DNA from: a bacterium
GTDB lineage: Bacteria; Cyanobacteriota; Sericytochromatia; S15B-MN24; VGJW01
Direction of reading: 5' to 3'
NCBI GenBank assembly: GCA_021781555.1
Contig: JAJXWQ010000007.1
Coordinates: 529-64,528 of the forward strand
DNA length: 64,000 bases
In this document: positions 58,649-64,000 of the stretch, in pieces
Position numbering within the stretch: position 1 is the first letter of the stretch
Layout: each line of letters starts with the position of its first letter
Notes under the pieces: generated by a model
What the model was told of the DNA's origin: nothing
Databases searched by the model: none
Seen by the model: the letters and a program-made list of their open reading frames with translations, nothing else
Program-made: the position numbers and the translations under genes

Positions 58649-59458
58649 TTGTCCGAACCCGTCCTCTCGGTCCGGCACCTTTCCAAGCGGTACGGCGACG
58701 GGGCGCCGGTGCTCCGCGACGTATCCCTGGATTTCGAGGCCGGGGAGTTCACGGCGATCCTCGGACTGTCCGGGGCGGGCAAGTCGACCTTCCTGCGCTG
58801 CCTCAACCGCCTGGTGGAGCCGAGCGGTGGCGAGATCCTGGTGCCGTCCGCCATTCTCGACCGCGAGGGTGGACAGATCGACGTCGGCAAGTTCGGAGCG
58901 CGGGATCTCCGGCGCTGGCGCCGAAAGGTCGGGATGATCTTCCAGCAATTCAATCTGGTCAAGCGCCTGACCGTCCTCGAGAATGTCCTGTCCGGTAGCC
59001 TCGGTTACACCCCTGGGCTGCCGAGCACGCTCAGGTTTTTTTCCTCTGCGGACAAGCGGCGAGCGCTCCTGGCACTCGATCGGGTGGGATTGCTGCCCTT
59101 CGCTTACCAGCGCGCCGACTCCGTCTCGGGAGGTCAGCAGCAGCGCGTCGCCATCGCCCGTGCCCTGATGCAGCGGCCGGCGGTCATCCTGGCCGACGAG
59201 CCCGTCGCCTCGCTCGATCCCAAGCTTTCCCTGGCCATTCTCGACCTCCTGCGGAAGGTCGGCCAGGAAGACGGCATCACGGTGCTGGTCAGCCTGCACG
59301 TCCTCGACCTCGCCAAGCGCTTCTCCGGGCGCTGCATCGGATTTGCCGGCGGCGAGGTGGTGTTCGACGATGCCCCCGAACGGCTCGACGAAACCGCCAT
59401 CCGGCGCGTCTATCAAGCCCGGACCGAGGAACTCAAGGCCTACCCGATTCCGACCTGA
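58649..59458 (+). CDS. phnC: phosphonate ABC transporter ATP-binding protein
   Basis: Walker A GLSGAGKST, ABC signature SGGQQQR and Walker B ILADEP. Confidence 0.9.
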   Translation: MSEPVLSVRHLSKRYGDGAPVLRDVSLDFEAGEFTAILGLSGAGKSTFLRCLNRLVEPSGGEILVPSAILDREGGQIDVGKFGARDLRRWRRKVGMIFQQFNLVKRLTVLENVLSGSLGYTPGLPSTLRFFSSADKRRALLALDRVGLLPFAYQRADSVSGGQQQRVAIARALMQRPAVILADEPVASLDPKLSLAILDLLRKVGQEDGITVLVSLHVLDLAKRFSGRCIGFAGGEVVFDDAPERLDETAIRRVYQARTEELKAYPIPT

Positions 59459-59513
59459 GGCCGTCTGGCCGAGCCCGCCGGACGCAACCTCTACCGCTAG
59501 CAAGGATCGCTTG

Positions 59514-60437
59514 ATGAGCACTCTGGACAGGACCGCGGAGCTCGTGCTTCCGCCTCCACCTCGACGCGCTGCCAAGGTCTGGGCATTGGTCGCCTTGCTG
59601 GGCTTGATCCTGGCCTGGGCGTTCGTCGGAACGGGGTTCGATCCGGTCGCCCTGGTGCAGGGCGTACCCAAGATGATCGACATGGCGAGCCGGAGCTGGC
59701 CGGCCTCGTATAGCCTGGTGGTCGATCCCTCGGCCTACGAGTTCCCGCACCGGCTGACGCTCGAGCAGCTCTTGCTGCCAGTGCCGCTGCATGGCGACCT
59801 GGCCTACGTCAAGACCGCCTGGTGGCAGAACACCTGGCCAAATACCTTGCTTGGCGGCACCCTCCAGACCATCCAGATGGCCGTCGCCGGCACCGTGCTC
59901 GCGGCGATCATCGCGTTCCCCATCAGCTTCCTGGCCGCCCGCAACACCTCGCCGGATCGCTCGGTCTACATGGCCGTGAAGTCGGTCAACAACTTCCTGC
60001 GCAGCATCCCGGACTTCGCCATCGGGCTGGTGCTGATCTCGGCGATCGGCCTGGGTGCGTTCACCGGGGTGATGGCATTGACCTTCGGAACGGCCACGGT
60101 GCTCATCAAGCTCTTCGCGGAGGCGATCGAGGGTGTCGATCCGGGAGTGGTCGAGGCGGTCCAGGCCACCGGGGCCAACCGGTTGCAGGTCTACTCCTTT
60201 GCCGTGGTCCCCCAGATCATGCCGAGCTTCCTCAGCTTCGTCATCTACCGGTTCGAGTCCAACATCCGCGCCGCCACCGTCCTGGGCTTGATCGGCGCGG
60301 GCGGGATCGGTGAACTGATGACCAGTTACTTCCGGATGTTCCAGTATCAGGAGGCGGCGATGACGGTGCTCGTCCTCATCGTCCTCGTGATGATCGTCGA
60401 CTTTACCAGCGCCCGGCTGCGCAAGCTCGTGATCTAG
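59514..60437 (+). CDS. phnE: phosphonate ABC transporter permease
   Basis: PhnE-type permease with about 6 TM helices. ORF trimmed to the ATG at MSTLDRT. Confidence 0.8.
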   Translation: MSTLDRTAELVLPPPPRRAAKVWALVALLGLILAWAFVGTGFDPVALVQGVPKMIDMASRSWPASYSLVVDPSAYEFPHRLTLEQLLLPVPLHGDLAYVKTAWWQNTWPNTLLGGTLQTIQMAVAGTVLAAIIAFPISFLAARNTSPDRSVYMAVKSVNNFLRSIPDFAIGLVLISAIGLGAFTGVMALTFGTATVLIKLFAEAIEGVDPGVVEAVQATGANRLQVYSFAVVPQIMPSFLSFVIYRFESNIRAATVLGLIGAGGIGELMTSYFRMFQYQEAAMTVLVLIVLVMIVDFTSARLRKLVI

Positions 60438-60440
60438 GCG

Positions 60441-61214
60441 ATGGATCCGGACTCGCGGCCCTCGCTGCCTCGGCTGGTGGCCTTCCTGCTCCTTCTCCTC
60501 ATCTTGCCCACGGCGGTGGGCGGCTGGTGGCTGCATGAGGTCGGGAGCCGGTCCCGCCTGCTCATCCAGGCCTTCTTCTTTCCGGTGGAGATCCTGGGCG
60601 TTCTGTTGCCCGCGTTCCTGTTGACGAGCGGGACCGAACGCCTGGCGGTGCTGCGCTGGCGGCCGGCGCGGTGGACCTGGATCGGTCTGGCGATGCTCGG
60701 CTCGCTGGGCCTGGGCGGGCTCCTGACCTACGCCCAGACCCTCTGGCAAGATGCATCACACCTGGCGCCTCCAGCCGGGCTGGACCGGCTCCTCGGCATC
60801 CATTCGTGGGTAAGTGGCGTCGTGCTCGTCCTGGGTGCGGCCCTCGTGCCGGCCATCTGCGAGGAGACGGCCTTTCGGGGGGTGGTGCTGTCAGGGCTCG
60901 AACGCTGGGGCGGACGGGTCGCCGTCATCGTCACGACGGTCCTGTTTGCGGGATACCACCTCGCGCCCTACGGCCTCCCTACTTACCTGGTGCTGGGTGG
61001 ATTCCTGGCCTGGCTGGCGTGGCGAAGTGGCAGCATCTTGCCAGGTGTGGCGGCCCATGCGACGAATAACCTCCTGGCCCTGGCGCAGGTCAACGGAATC
61101 GGCGAGGACTGGTGGTGGGCGCACGTCCGGGCGATCGCGCCGGCATCCGCCGTGCTGGCGATCGTGGCGATCGCCTGGCTACACCGGGAGCTACCCCGAA
61201 CCGAATCGCGTTGA
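60441..61214 (+). CDS. CPBP-family (CAAX/Abi) intramembrane metalloprotease
   Basis: EExxFRG (CEETAFRGVV), FAGYH and AHATNN motifs. Confidence 0.75.
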   Translation: MDPDSRPSLPRLVAFLLLLLILPTAVGGWWLHEVGSRSRLLIQAFFFPVEILGVLLPAFLLTSGTERLAVLRWRPARWTWIGLAMLGSLGLGGLLTYAQTLWQDASHLAPPAGLDRLLGIHSWVSGVVLVLGAALVPAICEETAFRGVVLSGLERWGGRVAVIVTTVLFAGYHLAPYGLPTYLVLGGFLAWLAWRSGSILPGVAAHATNNLLALAQVNGIGEDWWWAHVRAIAPASAVLAIVAIAWLHRELPRTESR

Positions 61215-61535
61215 TCCTCGGCCAGCGCGGCTTTTTCCTCGGCTCGTCAATGGCGAGATCTGCCGCCAACATCAAGAGCTGCCAACAGACCTTTCGGTCC
61301 ATCGGCAGCTCTCCCCTTCCATTCCGGATCGGAATGGGGTTGCCCGGGATTACCCGGGAGAGTCTTTACCTCCCGTCAGAGAGGAAAGGCTCTGGGCGCC
61401 ACACTAACTCCCCGCGATCAAGCTGCAACGGCCGACGGCACGCTGGAGCGACCGCGTTCGCCTGCCTTTGGCGGGTGCGACGAACCGAGGCGGGGATCTC
61501 GGCTACAATAGGGGATCGTTCAAGGAGGTTCGTCC
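61215..61535 (+). promoter_or_regulatory. long structured 5' leader of thrS (candidate translational control element)
   Basis: 320-nt untranslated gap. gacgaacc (61479-86) is perfectly complementary to ggttcgtc (61527-34), which sits between the SD AAGGAGG and the GTG start. T-box-like GGAGCGACCGCG at 61445-56. Confidence 0.35.
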
Positions 61536-63491
61536 GTGTCCGCTGTTCAGTCCGCCCCGATCGCCATCACGCTGCCCGACGGGTCCGTGCGCGAGGTCGC
61601 CGCGGGCACTCGTTGCATCGATCTCGCCGAGCAGATCTCTCATCAGCTGGCCAAGAAGGCCGTGGGAGCCCGCATCGAAGGCAAGCTGGCCGACCTTCGC
61701 ACGCCCCTGGAGCGCTCGGTCCGCGTCGAGATCGTCACCGCGGACGACCCCGACGGCCTGACCTTCCTGCGGCACTCCGCGGCGCACCTCCTGGCCGAGG
61801 CGGTCACCGAGCTGTGGCCCGAGACCAAGGTCGCCATCGGACCGGTGATCGCGGACGGCTTCTACTACGACTTCGATCGCCCCGAGCCCTTCTCGTCGGA
61901 GGATCTCGAGCAGATCGAGAAGGTCATGCGCAAGCACGCCGGAGCCGCCGAACCGATCGAACGGACCGAGGTCCCCCACGACGCGGCCATGGCCAAGGTC
62001 ACGGGGTTCCTCGGCCAGGGCGAGATCTACAAGGCCGAGATCCTCGAGGGCATCCTCGCGGAACCCGGGAGCGTCGTGAGCTTCTACCGCCAGGGGACGT
62101 TCACGGACCTGTGCGAGGGTCCCCACGTGGCGCATACGGGCCTCATCCGGCACTTCAAGCTCCTGTCGGTCGCCGGAGCGTACTGGCGGGGCGACGAGAA
62201 GAACAAGATGCTCCAGCGCATCTACGGCACGGCCTACTTCAAGGAAGACGATCTCAAGGCCCACCTCCACCGCATCGAGGAGGCAGCCAGGCGAGACCAC
62301 CGCAAGCTCGGCAAGGAGCTGGACCTCTTTGGCCAGTACGACGACATCGGCCCGGGCTTGATCCTCTGGCACCCAAAGGGTGCGCTGATTCGCAACGAGA
62401 TCGAGACTTTCTGGCGCAAGGCCCACTACGAGGGTGGATATGACCTCGTTTATACGCCGCACATCGCCAAGACCACGCTCTGGAACAAATCCGGCCACAC
62501 CGGCTTTTATCGCGAGAACATGTTCAGCGGCATGGACGTGGATGGCCAGGAGTATCTGGTCAAGCCGATGAACTGCCCGTACCACATCCAGATCTTCAAC
62601 AATCGGACGCGGAGCTACCGCGAGCTGCCGCTGCGGTGGGCTGAACTTGGCACCGTGTATCGCTACGAGCGCTCCGGAGTGCTCCATGGCCTCTTGCGGG
62701 TGCGCGGATTCACTCAGGACGACGCCCACCTGTTCGTCCGCCCCGATCAGCTCGAAAGCGAGCTCGATCGCGTCATCGACTTCGTGCTCTACATCCTCCG
62801 GACCTTCGGATTCGCCAAGTTCGAGGCGTACCTCGCCACGCGCCCGGAAAAATTCGTCGGAGAGCCGGCGATGTGGGAGCGCGCGACCAAGGCCCTGGCC
62901 GACGCCCTGGTCAAGAATGGCCTCGACTACGAGGTGGACGAAGGCGGCGGCGCCTTCTACGGTCCCAAGATCGACCTCAAGCTCAAGGACACGCTCGGCC
63001 GATCCTGGCAGTGCTCGACGATCCAGGTCGACTTCAACAATCCCGAGCGCTTCGACATGAAGTTCACCGGATCCGATGGCAAGGAGCACCGTCCCGTCAT
63101 GATCCACCGGGCGCTGATGGGCTCCATGGAGCGCTTCTTTGGATGCCTGGTCGAGCAGTATGCGGGTCATTTCCCGCTGTGGCTGGCGCCCGTGCAATGC
63201 AGCGTGTTCCCGATCTCCGAGGACGTCGACGAGGCGGCCCTCCAGGTTGCCGACAGGCTCCGCAAGGCCGGCTTGCGGATCGACTACCGGGACGCGAGCG
63301 ATCACCTGAACGCCCGGATCAAGGAGGCCCAGCTCGCCAAGGTCCCGTACATGGCGGTGATCGGCAAGCGCGAGGCCGAGGCCGGGACGGTCGCGCTCAG
63401 ACTCGCCTCCGGCAAGCAGGAGGTCATGGCTATCGCGGACCTCGTCGGCAGGCTTACCCGCGAGGTCCAGGACAAGTCCCTGCCCAGCTGA
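61536..63491 (+). CDS. thrS: threonine--tRNA ligase
   Basis: TGS/editing N-domains, class II core and anticodon-binding domain. GTG start after AAGGAGG. Confidence 0.95.
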   Translation: MSAVQSAPIAITLPDGSVREVAAGTRCIDLAEQISHQLAKKAVGARIEGKLADLRTPLERSVRVEIVTADDPDGLTFLRHSAAHLLAEAVTELWPETKVAIGPVIADGFYYDFDRPEPFSSEDLEQIEKVMRKHAGAAEPIERTEVPHDAAMAKVTGFLGQGEIYKAEILEGILAEPGSVVSFYRQGTFTDLCEGPHVAHTGLIRHFKLLSVAGAYWRGDEKNKMLQRIYGTAYFKEDDLKAHLHRIEEAARRDHRKLGKELDLFGQYDDIGPGLILWHPKGALIRNEIETFWRKAHYEGGYDLVYTPHIAKTTLWNKSGHTGFYRENMFSGMDVDGQEYLVKPMNCPYHIQIFNNRTRSYRELPLRWAELGTVYRYERSGVLHGLLRVRGFTQDDAHLFVRPDQLESELDRVIDFVLYILRTFGFAKFEAYLATRPEKFVGEPAMWERATKALADALVKNGLDYEVDEGGGAFYGPKIDLKLKDTLGRSWQCSTIQVDFNNPERFDMKFTGSDGKEHRPVMIHRALMGSMERFFGCLVEQYAGHFPLWLAPVQCSVFPISEDVDEAALQVADRLRKAGLRIDYRDASDHLNARIKEAQLAKVPYMAVIGKREAEAGTVALRLASGKQEVMAIADLVGRLTREVQDKSLPS

Positions 63492-63737
63492 CGATCCTCG
63501 CCTTCCGACTGCCGAGCGGCACCGTTTCAGGATCCAGAGGGATCGCTCGGCACCGATCCTTGCGGTCCTGCATTGGAATCGATCCGACCCGGGCCGGGAA
63601 CCTACCCAAGGGTCCGAGAGTCGATCCATCGGACGCCAGGTTGCGGCGCTCTGACCTCTGCCTGGCGTGTTTGGCGCCCCTAGGCGGGGGTAGAGACGGA
63701 TCAGATCCGCTTTTTGCCAAGACTGAAGGTCAGGAAG

Positions 63738-64000
63738 ATGGAAAGGCGAACCACTGTGCTGGTCGCCCAGGGAGAGGTCGCCCTGGCGAACGCCCTTGCC
63801 TCCGAGTTCAACGTCATCGTCCTCTCGGGGGCCACGCCCCTGGCAGACCTGGAGATGGCCGATCTCCTGGTGATCGATGGCAGCCTGCCCGAAGCCATGT
63901 TGCTCCTGGGAACCCTCAAGCGCCGTCTGGGCGGCCTGCCGACGATCTGGCTCGGCCGTTCCTGGCGCCAGGACGAGGTCGAGGCCGCCCTCGCGGCGGG
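63738..64000 (+). CDS. response-regulator receiver-domain protein (5' partial, runs off the window)
   Basis: AGGAAG SD then ATG. ...LLVIDGSLPEAM... is a receiver-like Asp pocket. Confidence 0.45.
   Translation, partial: MERRTTVLVAQGEVALANALASEFNVIVLSGATPLADLEMADLLVIDGSLPEAMLLLGTLKRRLGGLPTIWLGRSWRQDEVEAALAA

Noticed and set aside
57745-60437. Complete phosphonate utilisation (C-P lyase) locus
   Set aside because: Only the transporter genes phnD/C/E are present. No phnGHIJKLM is in the window, so only uptake (phosphonate or phosphite) can be claimed.
61215-61535. Confident T-box riboswitch call upstream of thrS
   Set aside because: Only a 9/12 match to the T-box core and no identifiable specifier loop or terminator. 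Kept as a candidate regulatory leader.
61503-63629. 708-aa ORF antisense to thrS, and similar long antisense ORFs opposite cysS (1556..2920), HK (10559..12286), fliI/fliH (12586..14574), LAL regulator (22842..25730), resB (44238..46541), aminotransferase (47997..49709), glyQS (56226..57587)
   Set aside because: The sense strands encode unmistakable conserved enzymes. The antisense translations are compositionally biased (R/G/P/A) and lack domains.

Overview
High-GC (roughly two-thirds G+C by eye) bacterial chromosomal segment. An OstA/LptD-like outer-membrane protein is present and several genes lack obvious Shine-Dalgarno sequences. The backbone is ordinary housekeeping: cysS-mrnC-rlmB, gltX, initiator tRNA-fMet, nadC, hemW, mqnA-like, grx-hslO, rpmB, coaX, resB-ccsA divergent from hemA, an aminotransferase, an Fe-alcohol dehydrogenase, gyrB, glyQS, phnDCE and thrS. 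Between these sit envelope, signalling and motility-type genes: a DUF342/FapA protein, a PgaB-like deacetylase plus glycoside-hydrolase-like multidomain protein, a DUF2225 fusion to a cNMP-binding domain, an orphan histidine kinase, MscS, two tandem GT-A glycosyltransferase paralogs controlled from a STAND-TPR-SARP regulator, LysM and SPOR proteins and an Asp-less OmpR-type regulator. The most unusual locus is one uninterrupted minus-strand cluster (12147-19387) reading MoxR AAA+ -> DUF58 -> OstA-like OMP -> DUF2795 -> FliH-like (with a 200-aa N-terminal extension) -> FliI-type ATPase, with no other flagellar or injectisome core genes anywhere in the 64 kb. A CTAG-bounded 76-108 bp MITE/REP-like repeat family is present at 6 loci (8 units), always right after stop codons, in long, short and tandem-dimer forms. 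The supplied ORF track is dominated by spurious antisense and overlapping ORFs typical of high-GC DNA. Calls below rest on recognisable motifs and synteny; start codons were re-derived where I could see them.
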